Below, in pieces: positions 34,947 through 44,198 of a stretch of DNA of 64,000 bases. The notes beneath the pieces are model-generated. The model was not told the origin of the DNA. It saw only the letters and a program-made list of their open reading frames with translations, and ran no database searches. The translations under genes were made by a program, and so were the position numbers. The stretch comes from an uncultured Gemmatimonadales bacterium (GTDB taxonomy: Bacteria > Gemmatimonadota > Gemmatimonadetes > Gemmatimonadales > Gemmatimonadaceae): contig CAVPQB010000004.1 of assembly GCA_963707505.1 (NCBI GenBank), forward strand, positions 960,001 through 1,024,000, read 5' to 3'. Within the stretch, counting starts at the first letter, position 1, and every line of letters starts with the position of its first letter.

Positions 34947-37900
34947 CTAGCTTCCCAGCTGGAACATCCTGATCTGAATCTTCTCCTTTGCCTTGTACAG
35001 CAGCGACGGTATCCCAGGCAACAGTTTTAGTTGGATTGGACTGAGTATTTTCGGCAACGTCCGCTGTACGTCGAGGCGCGAGATTTCCCACCCTTCATCG
35101 ACGGCCGCCTCCTGTTTCTTCAACGCTTCCGTCGGATTGTAGTCGTCGCCGAGGCCCGCAAGGTATTCGCTGAGTGCGGTCCATACGCTGTCGATACGCT
35201 GCCTGTACGCGGTGTCCGCCTTCTGAAGCGCCTCCGCCTGATCGCGACTCAGTAGAAGCGAATCCGATTCCTCCAGGATCGATGCGTATGGATCAGGCAC
35301 GTTGCGCGCGTAGCGACGCTTCAGCTCCGCCACTGAAAGCCGAGGTCCCTTGCGCCCGTTGCGCCCTGGTTTGAGCCATCGGTTGAGGATCTGCTGCGGC
35401 AGCGGGCGGCCGACGCTGAGCGAAACATCGATGGACACACGGAACGGAACTCGCAACAGCGTGTTGCTCGGCCGAGTATTCCCGAATCGCGGATTGACCG
35501 CGTAGCTGAATCGATCAGTTGCCAGGGTCGAACGCGGTCGGCCTGTAGAGAACGGGATCCGGAAATGCCGGTGTTCCCCATCCGCGCAGATGGTTGGCGC
35601 CGTGCAGCAACTGATCGAGGCCCACCAAGCGGATTGGACACGGCGAGCGAGATGCTGCCGTACTGATTCGTGATCGGCAGCTTCCCGCTATATGACAGCT
35701 GTGCGTTGAGCGAAGTGGTCCACGGTCCTTCGCAGCTGTTCCTGCCTGCGGCGCGATCCATCTGCCGTGTAAGACAATCACGAACGCTTCGCGAGGAATT
35801 CGGGAGCAGCGTGCGCGTCGCGCTCGCGAGCGAGGCATCGGTGCTCGTCGCCGGATTGAAGATGAACGCGCGATCGTTCGCAAGACCATCACCGTTGACG
35901 TCGCCACCGACCATCGGAGTGAAGGGAAGTCCTGACTGCAGGCGACCGAAGAAGGTCAGCGCAACTCGCTTGAATGTGTAGCCGCCCTGTAAAAGAAGCT
36001 GATGCCGCACATCGAGATCGCCGCGGGCCCACTCGCGTGCGACAGGAGTGCCGAACGTCGCGCCGTCGAAACCACTCTCGCGAGCTCGTGTGTCAGCGAG
36101 AGTGTAGTTGATCCCGAAGAACCAGTCGGAGATACCACTCAGCTCCGGCGAAAGTGACAGCGTAACCTGTTTGCTCCGTGACGTCAGCGTGGACACGTTT
36201 TCGATGACGTGTCCGAACAGTGGCGATACGCGCGCCTGGACGGTCGATAGCGCCCCGCTTGCCGGAACGATGCTCGCCGGGATCGACGAATACGGGTCGT
36301 CCTTCGCCGGCGAGCGTGAATCTCGGAGTGTTGGCGAAGTTGACATCCGTGCGTCCGGGCTGATTCAGATTGAGCGAGTACAGGCCTTCGATCGAGTACG
36401 TGAGCAGCTTGTAGCTCGATGAGTACGCAAGATTGCCGCGCCAGCTTCGCGGCGCCGTGTAGCCCGGGTCAAACAGTTGAACCGATGGCGCGGCGTCAGT
36501 GAACACAGGTGTGGCGCCGCCGAGACACTGCGTAGGTATGGTCGCGGGATCTGCGAGATACTGACTCCAGTCGGGGATGGGCGTCGCGACGCCGACGCAT
36601 GTCAGTGATTGCAGTCCGTTCGGCAGGCCGGTTGCGACGGATGCATTGGTGAGAAGATTCGCAGGCAGGATGTTGCGGAATTCACCGATTCCGCCTCGTA
36701 CGTAGCTGGTCGGGCCGATATGGAATTCACCGATCCGGTTGAAGCGTGATTCCGGTCGCCGCGCGGTTTTCTGATCCATGTGAACCCGATTCGCGGACTG
36801 AGGTGAACCGTGTTTGGTGCATGATCGGTGCGTAATCCGAATGTGGACTGCACAGCAGGATTGAACTCCGGCGCCGACAGGTAGTGATTCGCCTCGAGTC
36901 GTGCTCCGTACATTACCTGAAAGGTAGAAGAACTTCGCCAGAGATCCCCGAGCGCGACGTAGCCATTCCAGACTGATCCGTGCAGCGTCGGTGCATTCAG
37001 TGAGCGCGTGAAACTCGATGGTTGATTGCTGGCAAGCTCGCCAAGCGAGTTGAACGCAAACGACCCGAAGGCGTTCGCATTCGTCTCCTGGCGGATCCCG
37101 TCGATGCGAGAATCAGCGTCCAGCTTGACGCGATGTGTCTCGCGCCCGTGCGCATAGAACTGGGTCATGCTCGTCGTTTCCCAGGTCCACTGCCGGGTGT
37201 TGCTGAGCATGGTGCTATTCCCGCCGAACGCGAGCGACGTCAAGCCGCCAGTGCCATCCGGAAACGAAGAGCCCACGAGCACACTTCCGTCCGGAAGAGC
37301 GAGGTATGGCGTCGACCTGTTTCGCGAGAACGTGAACCCACTGCGCTCCTCGTTCAGGTAGTCGCCATGCAGATACGTCGAGAACAGCGCCTGCAGCATG
37401 CCGATCCCCTGCGATGTCGAGGCGCCGTGCGCTGCGACGGCTGTGGGGCTGATCGCAGCGGCGTTATCGCTCGCCAATTTTCCGTATGCCAGCAGCCCCC
37501 AACTGGTGCGAGCGGGCTGGAAGGTGTTCCAGTTGTACGGTGCGTGATCGATTCGCGCAATGAACGATGCGTTCTGCATGATATGCGACGATGGGACAGC
37601 GCCGTTACGTAACGGAACTCCAGCCGCTGACAACACATTGAACAATCGCGCCGCCGAGTCAGCCGAGACGCCAGCGTGTTGCAGCAAGTCAGGCGCCGCA
37701 TTGGAGAGGGATACTGCGTCGGCGCTGCGACGCCCTGCCTGCAGGCCGTAGTTGTACACGAAATTGTCGTCGTCTAGTGCGCCGTCACCACCAAAGCTCG
37801 CAATGCCGTTGGTGAAGCGCTGGCCCATCCGCGCCGACACCGGGTCGGTGTATTGCAGCACCGGTGCATCCAGCGTGACGTGCGCTCGACGGGTTGCGAA

Positions 37901-38647
37901 TAGACTCCCGCTGGATAGCTCGACATTTTCATTGAGTCCGCCGAACCAGCCGCGTGCCGGATCGTAGGTAGAGCTCGATACGCGTACGCTGGTTCGCGCA
38001 TCGCGCGGTACATCGGCGCCGGCGAATGCCATTCCGTTGATAGTTGTCGAGTTCTGTCCGCCGATGCCACCAACCGAGAGACCGGCCGGCGTGGACGCGA
38101 TTCCCGGAATCGTGGCACCGATCGCCGCGAGATCGCCAGCCTGGTCCGGCGACACCGCACCGTTAACGCCGCCGGCGATCTGTTCCGAGGCGCCGGTTTC
38201 GAGTCCGAATAATGGTTCGCGTGAGGGAGTCGGTTTCTCTTTCGCCTTGACCTTCACCGCTGCGAGCTGCTGAACCCCGGTCCGCAGGAGAGTTGCGTCC
38301 ACAACGAATACGGAATCAGATCCGACACGGGTGACACGCTTCCGGTACGTGCTGTATCCAACGGCGGAGATATGTACCAGGTAGTCACCCGTACCGTTCG
38401 CAAACTCCATCGAGTAGTGGCCTGCGCTGTCTGTCGTGGTAGCGCGTGACAGACGATCTGGCGCCATCGTGATGATGATGTCGGCAGCGGCGAGGGCCTT
38501 CCCACTGTCGGTTGTTACGGTGCCTCGAATTGTGTCGTGATGTGCCTGTGCGCCGCACGGGACGGCCCACAGAGTCGCGATAATCAATCCGAATAGGGTC
38601 CTGCCTGAAGAAAAGGTTCGTCTGATTTGCAATGGATGATCCGTCAT
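34947..38647 (-). CDS. Carboxypeptidase-regulatory-domain / TonB-dependent-receptor-like outer membrane protein (~1230 aa), split by about four frameshifts
   Basis: Signal peptide, TIRGTVTTDSG..TTTDSAGHY..GDYLVHISAVGY, plug-like STYDPARGWFGG, barrel-type strands (LSPRIGFTW, SGLPFTPMVGGDVNGDG). Five overlapping ORFs join end to end. Confidence 0.8.
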
Positions 38648-40245
38648 TGCGGATCTTTGGTGATCTCGAAGGTGAATGGCTGCTGCACAAGTTGCTTAAC
38701 ATGCCGCCCGCCTATTTCTGCTGGCGCAAATCTCATGTTCGGTAGCGCAGTACGAACTGCGAACGCAAATGCAGGGTCGGTCGCTGACGTTATCGTCACC
38801 ATGTCCGGCTCGACATGTCCCAGCGTGTCCACGACGAACTCGGCGTGCACCTCGCCTCCGATACCAGCAGCCCGCAAACTATCCGGATAAACGGGAGTGA
38901 CCGTCGTTGGCAGCATGCGTGCGGGCCTTTCTACCTGAAAGCCGAAGTAAGTCATATCGCGCGGTTTCACGCGAGTTGGTCGCGCAACCAGTCCAGCCGG
39001 GCTTCGCGTTTCCATTCGACGAAGATCCTGAAGCTGCGCTCTCATGTCATCGATCCGGAATCGCGTGCCGCTCAGCGCTCGCATCTGAGCCGCCAGGGCC
39101 CGATCGACCGCGCGCAGGCTATCGTTCTCCGCTTTCAGAACGGCGAGACTGTCCGCCCGACGTTTTGTGCCGGTGTCGGCGCGCGTCAGGGACGCTCGAG
39201 CGGTCGCGACGTGCGACGCTTGACGCGTGGATGTCGTACCGCTGTAGTGCGACGGAACGGATGGGACGGGTGTCGTGAATGCGGCCGTAATCGCAACAAC
39301 TGCGGCCAGCCCGCCTCCGATCGCGCCGCGAATCCCCGCTGCGCGACTTCTCGTCATCGCGCGCAATCTGAGCTCCAGCTCCGACGGCAACCTCAGCAGC
39401 GCGACCATCGGAATCGCAAGCAGCCCGCTGTTCCGGCCTCGCGCCGCCACCTCAAGGAGGACATGGCCGTAATCCCTGGCGCTCGGATATTGCTTCAGCA
39501 CCCGCATGTCGCAATCCAGCTCGATCGCGCGTCGAAGCCTTGCCGCGCACCACCACAGTCCCACGTTCCACGGCATCAGGACCAATGCGGCGATCGCAAC
39601 CATCAACCGCTCAGGATCGTGTGCCCTGATATGCTCGCCCTCGTGCGCGAGGACCAACCGTCGATAGTCCGGCTGCATTGTCGTTGCCCACGACGGCAGC
39701 ACGATTCGGTGTGAAAAGAAGCCAACCACCGCGGGACCGGTCACCGTGGATACATCTATGCCGATACCATCGAGCGTCGTTCGTCGCCACGACCGCTGCG
39801 CGCGTCGCCAGTAGAGGACGCCGACCGCAAGCCACGCGAGCAACGACATCGATAGCAGTATCCAGAAGACTACGGCGACCGTTGCAAAGTCGTGAGCAAA
39901 ACGTGTCACCGCAGCCCGTAATGCGCGTCGCGAGGGCGCTATCAGTCGAATGAGCGCGTCTCGCCCGATGAGCCAGGAGCTGTGTTGCACGACGGAGCGT
40001 CCCGAGCTTACGATGATCGTCGCCAACACATCGGCGCGGCCAGCCGCGGTTCCTGGTGTCGCAGTTCGCTCCCTGAACGCGTGCATGCCGAGCGTGCCCA
40101 AAGGCGCGAGCACCGCCAGTACGATCGCTACCGTCCAGAAGTGACGCGCTGCGCCGCGCCCTTGCATCCCCCATTCAACAGCGGCAGCAGCTCCGGCGAG
40201 CAGCAGTGTGAACAGACCGATGTATGCGAATACCGTGGGGCTCAT
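38644..40245 (-). CDS. BlaR1/MecR1-type M56 metallopeptidase fused to a TonB C-terminal domain
   Basis: TM helices, GPAVVG, LVLAHEGEH (HExxH), RRAIELDCD; C-terminal YPDSLRAAGIGGEVHAEFVVD...PAEIGG...QQPFTF. Confidence 0.9.
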   Translation of the reverse strand: MSPTVFAYIGLFTLLLAGAAAAVEWGMQGRGAARHFWTVAIVLAVLAPLGTLGMHAFRERTATPGTAAGRADVLATIIVSSGRSVVQHSSWLIGRDALIRLIAPSRRALRAAVTRFAHDFATVAVVFWILLSMSLLAWLAVGVLYWRRAQRSWRRTTLDGIGIDVSTVTGPAVVGFFSHRIVLPSWATTMQPDYRRLVLAHEGEHIRAHDPERLMVAIAALVLMPWNVGLWWCAARLRRAIELDCDMRVLKQYPSARDYGHVLLEVAARGRNSGLLAIPMVALLRLPSELELRLRAMTRSRAAGIRGAIGGGLAAVVAITAAFTTPVPSVPSHYSGTTSTRQASHVATARASLTRADTGTKRRADSLAVLKAENDSLRAVDRALAAQMRALSGTRFRIDDMRAQLQDLRRMETRSPAGLVARPTRVKPRDMTYFGFQVERPARMLPTTVTPVYPDSLRAAGIGGEVHAEFVVDTLGHVEPDMVTITSATDPAFAFAVRTALPNMRFAPAEIGGRHVKQLVQQPFTFEITKDPQ

Positions 40246-40613
40246 TTCGGATCCTCCTCCAGTCGCTCATCCAGAAGCGTGCGCAGGCGCCGCAGCGTTG
40301 CGTCGTCCAGCTCGCGATCCGATACCAGCTGCGTGAGAAGTCTCTCCGGAGACCCACGGAAGAATTGCCCAATCACGCGATCTATCGCACTCGAGCTCGC
40401 TTCTTCACGATCGATCAGCGCGGCGTAGCGATGCGCGCGCCCCTCGGCTTCGCGGGCAACGTGTCCTTTCTCCTCCAGTACGCGCAACAGAGTAAGGATC
40501 GTGGTATACGCCGATCCGTCGCTGAGTGCGTCCCGCACCTCGGCAACGGTACTCGGCCCGCGCTCCCACAGCACGGTCATGAGCTCGATCTCTCGTGGGG
40601 TAAGCCGCTGCAT
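40242..40613 (-). CDS. BlaI/MecI/CopY family repressor
   Basis: LTPREIELMTVLWERGPSTV, AYTTILTLLRVLEEKG, FFRGSPERLL. Confidence 0.93.
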   Translation of the reverse strand: MQRLTPREIELMTVLWERGPSTVAEVRDALSDGSAYTTILTLLRVLEEKGHVAREAEGRAHRYAALIDREEASSSAIDRVIGQFFRGSPERLLTQLVSDRELDDATLRRLRTLLDERLEEDPK

Positions 40614-40626
40614 CCGGGTCTCCTCC

Positions 40627-40679
40627 TACTAAGAGTCTAGTACTATGGTTATAGTACGATATTCAGATCAGAACGTCAA
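40627..40679 (-). promoter_or_regulatory. Promoter and double operator of the BlaI operon
   Basis: Minus strand TTGACG (40679-40674), N17, TACTAT (40656-40651). Two overlapping palindromes TACTA-N6-TAGTA at 40627-40642 and 40641-40656. Confidence 0.8.
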
Positions 40680-40773
40680 GAGGTCACAATAGTGGTGTCA
40701 CGCTTGTGGCAGATGACGGAGCCGAGCCGGAACTGATGCCCAGTTCCCAAAATGCAGGCTACTTTCTACTGCC

Positions 40774-41883
40774 ATGAGACATCCTCGAGCCAGCGCCGTG
40801 CTTCCGTTTGCGACGTTACTCCTTCTCGCGACTCCACCGATCGCGCTTGGGCAGTCGGCTCATCGCACACGCAACGTCGTCCTCGTAGTGTCCGACGGCC
40901 TCCGCTGGCAGGAGATCTTTCAGGGCGCAGACAGTCAGCTGCTGAATAAGAAATTCGGCCACGTAGAGGATACGGCCGCTCTGCGTCGACAGTTCTCACG
41001 CGGCAATTCGGATTCCTCTCGCGTGGCGCTGTTCCCATTTCTGTGGAATGTCGTGGCGAAACAGGGCGAGATCTTCGGCAATCGCACGATGCAGAGCGAC
41101 GCGGACGTCACCAACGGATTCAAGTTCTCGTATCCGGGCTACAACGAGATGATCAGCGGTCATCCCGATCCGCGCATCAACAGCAACAATGCGGGACCCA
41201 ATCCGAATCTCTCGGTATTCGAATGGCTCAACACACTTCCCCGTTTCGCCGGGCGTGTCGCAGTCTTTGGAACTTGGAACGAGTTTGCGGACATCTTCAA
41301 TCGCGGCCGCAGTCATCTTCCGATCTGGGCGGCCTTCGATCCGCCGCCGACCGCGACACCGCCAACGGCGCGCGATTCATTGCTCGTCAATCTGTACGGC
41401 ACCACCACGCGCCTCTGGAGTGACCTCGCCTACGATTCATTCATGCAGGCCGAAGTGCGCGAATACGTTGCGCGCTCCCATCCGCGCGTGATGTTCGTCG
41501 GATACGGCGAGACCGACGAGTGGGCCCACATGGGCCGCTACGACATGGTGCTCGCGTCGGCACATCAGTTCGACCAGTTCGTCGGTGATCTGTGGAACGC
41601 CATGCAACAGATGCCGCAGTATCGCGACTCGACCACGTTCATCATCACAGCAGATCATGGCCGAGGCAGCGGACTCACCGCGTGGACCGACCACGGTGCA
41701 GACGTCGCCGGTGCAGAAGCGATATGGATTGCGGTCATCGGTCCGGACACGCCGGCGCGCGGCGAGCGCATGCACATCACCCGCGTAACTCAATCGCAGA
41801 TCGCGGCGACCATCGCAAGCCTGCTCGACGAGAACTATTCCGCGGCTGTTCCGGCCGTAGCTCCGCCACTTCCCGTGCGTTGA
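40774..41883 (+). CDS. Exported alkaline-phosphatase-superfamily protein
   Basis: Signal peptide, NVVLVVSDGLRWQE, FSYPGYNE, GETDEWAH, ITADHGRG. Confidence 0.85.
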   Translation: MRHPRASAVLPFATLLLLATPPIALGQSAHRTRNVVLVVSDGLRWQEIFQGADSQLLNKKFGHVEDTAALRRQFSRGNSDSSRVALFPFLWNVVAKQGEIFGNRTMQSDADVTNGFKFSYPGYNEMISGHPDPRINSNNAGPNPNLSVFEWLNTLPRFAGRVAVFGTWNEFADIFNRGRSHLPIWAAFDPPPTATPPTARDSLLVNLYGTTTRLWSDLAYDSFMQAEVREYVARSHPRVMFVGYGETDEWAHMGRYDMVLASAHQFDQFVGDLWNAMQQMPQYRDSTTFIITADHGRGSGLTAWTDHGADVAGAEAIWIAVIGPDTPARGERMHITRVTQSQIAATIASLLDENYSAAVPAVAPPLPVR

Positions 41884-41960
41884 AACGGGGCGTCGATTCC
41901 GTCGCACTTACCACGTCGCATCGACGATCTGTGCGAGTGAATATTGCTGTTACAAAAACA

Positions 41961-41974
41961 TGCATACTTATGCG
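41961..41974. promoter_or_regulatory. ARG-box-like site upstream of rocD
   Basis: TGCAT-ACTT-ATGCG, one mismatch to TGMAT-N4-ATKCA. Confidence 0.5.
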
Positions 41975-42072
41975 CGGGTATGGCATGTAAAACCACCGCC
42001 GTGCCGGGGGTTAAATAACGACGGCGACAGTGCGACATTTCAAGCGAAGGATCAACCTCAGCCGTACTTCGC

Positions 42073-43303
42073 ATGACAGCCGTCGCCAACGCCACCGAAT
42101 CCGCTCCCGCCACATCTGCTGATTACATCGCCATCGAAGACGAGTGGGGCGCGCACAACTACCATCCGCTCGATATCGTCATCGAGCGCGCTTCCGGCGC
42201 GTGGGTCTACGATGTGGACGGCAAGCGCTACCTCGACTGTCTGAGCGCGTATTCCGCTGTCAACCAGGGCCACTGCCATCCGCGCATCCTAGCGACGATG
42301 GTAGAGCAGGCGCACCGCGTCACGCTCACCTCGCGTGCCTTCCGCAACGAGCAGTTGCCGCTCTTCTGCGAAGAAGTCGCGCAACTCTGCGGTATGGAGA
42401 TGGTGCTCCCGATGAACACCGGCGCCGAGGCCGTCGAGACCGCGATAAAGGCGGCGCGACGCTGGGGATATGAAGTGAAGGGAATTCCCGAAGACCGCGC
42501 GGAAATCGTCGTGTTCGAGAACAACTTCCACGGTCGGACCACTACAATAGTCGGCTTCTCGTCAGAGCCATCCTATCGTGCCGGATTCGGACCCTTCGCC
42601 CCCGGCTTCAAGTTGATTCCCTACGGCGACATCGATGCGCTCAAGGCAGCCATCACGCCGAACACCTGCGCGGTGCTCATGGAGCCGATCCAGTGCGAGG
42701 CTGGAATCCTGATTCCACCGGACGGATATCTTCGCGCAACCTCCGATCTCTGTCGAGCGAACAACGTCCTCTTCATGGCCGACGAGATCCAGACAGGGCT
42801 GGGCCGCACCGGCCGCATGTTCGCGTGCGATCACGAAGAGGTGAAGCCCGACGTGTACATCCTTGGAAAGGCACTTGCGGGTGGTTTCTATCCGGTTTCC
42901 GCGGTCGTTTCGAGCCGCGAAGTCCTCGGCGTTCTCCGTGCAGGTACGCACGGCAGCACGTTCGGCGGCAATCCACTCGGCTGCGCAGTCGCGCGCACCG
43001 CGCTGAACGTTCTTGAAGACGAGAATCTGGTCGCAGCGCTCGGCAGACCTGGGCGCATGGTTCAAGGGTGAGGTAGCGTCGATCAGGCATCCTGACATCA
43101 AGTCCGTCCGCGGCCGTGGTCTGATGGTGGGCATCGAGCTGCACGTGCCGGCGCGGTCTTACTGCGAGGCGTTGATGGGACTTGGAATGCTGTGCAAGGA
43201 GACGCACGACCACGTCATCAGGCTTTCCCCGCCGCTGGTTACCTCGCGCGAGGATCTCGAGTGGGCTCTCGTTCAATTACGGACTGTATTCTCGACGCGG
43301 TAG
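42073..43303 (+). CDS. rocD: Ornithine aminotransferase; frameshift near 43040
   Basis: [59 protein letters not shown]-terminus VRGRGL..IRLSPPL in the next frame. Confidence 0.93.
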
Positions 43304-43345
43304 ACTCGCTGCCAGGTTTTTGTCTGGCCGCCGCACTCGATCAAT

Positions 43346-43371
43346 CAGCCCCGATCCGTTGATCGGGGCTG
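43346..43371. terminator. Probable bidirectional terminator
   Basis: CAGCCCCGATC-cgtt-GATCGGGGCTG between convergent rocD and hsp20. Confidence 0.65.
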
Positions 43372-43398
43372 TTCGCTTCTCGGCCTGGGCGTTTCCGA

Positions 43399-43926
43399 CT
43401 ACTTGTGCTCGACTGGAACCGCCTGCTGCTGATTCGTCTTCTGCGAGCCCTTACCCTCTACTCTAGCGCTGGTGCTACCGGTCGCACTGCCGTCGCTGTT
43501 GCTGATGGCAATCTTCTTGGGCTGCGGAAGTGCGGTCTTGGGGACGCGAATGTTCAACACGCCGTTCGTGAAATTCGCGGTAATCTTGGAATCGTCGACT
43601 CCCTTGGGAAGGCGGAACGACCGTGTGAACGAGCCGTAGCTCCGCTCCACCAGGTGATACTCCGTACCGTCGCCTTCCTTTCGCTCCGCGGACTTGTGTC
43701 CGCGCACGGTCAGCACTCCGTTATCGGAAGTGACCTCTACATCGTCCGGCTTGACGCCCGGAAGCTCGACGGACAGCGCGATCTCACGGTCGTCCTCACG
43801 TACGTCGACGGGCGGCGCCAGAGAAGCCGTCGGCGTTGTGCGGCTCAGTGCATCGTCAAATAAGCGATTCACGTCCCTGCGCAGACCGAACACAGGAAGA
43901 GGTGTCAGTGAAGTTTCGAACAGCAT
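43399..43926 (-). CDS. Hsp20/alpha-crystallin small heat shock protein
   Basis: VDVRE, ELPGV, ERSYGSFTRSFRLP, NGVLNIRVPK; GGAGG RBS before ATG 43926. Confidence 0.93.
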   Translation of the reverse strand: MLFETSLTPLPVFGLRRDVNRLFDDALSRTTPTASLAPPVDVREDDREIALSVELPGVKPDDVEVTSDNGVLTVRGHKSAERKEGDGTEYHLVERSYGSFTRSFRLPKGVDDSKITANFTNGVLNIRVPKTALPQPKKIAISNSDGSATGSTSARVEGKGSQKTNQQQAVPVEHK

Positions 43927-43991
43927 GGTGCTGACCTCCATCTGAGAGCTTTGTCTGTTTTTTCGGGCCCCGTGCCCACCGGGCTAATCCG

Positions 43992-44006
43992 GCAATGGGC
44001 GGGCCA
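43992..44006 (-). promoter_or_regulatory. Sigma-54 (-24/-12) promoter candidate for hsp20
   Basis: Minus strand TGGCCCGCCCATTGC versus consensus TGGCACG-N4-TTGC, with correct GG-N10-GC spacing. Confidence 0.55.
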
Positions 44007-44198
44007 GCGATGCCGGCCAATCTGGCTTAAGAGCGTCTGTTTATCGGCCAGTTCGGCATTTTCGTCTGAAATATTGGCAAACAGACCGTGAAAATCGTTA
44101 CCAATCGATCGGTCATCCTGTCCTACGGTAGGCTTGCAGACGACCGATTCGCCGAGGAAGTGACATTGTCAGGTAAAGCACATCCGCACGTTACCGCC

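Noticed and set aside
38644..40613. Beta-lactam resistance locus (BlaI/BlaR1)
   Set aside because: No penicillin-binding sensor domain and no beta-lactamase in the operon; the sensor position holds a TonB domain.
41981..41995. Sigma-54 promoter before rocD (TGGCATG)
   Set aside because: The -24 element is present but there is no GC at the -12 position.
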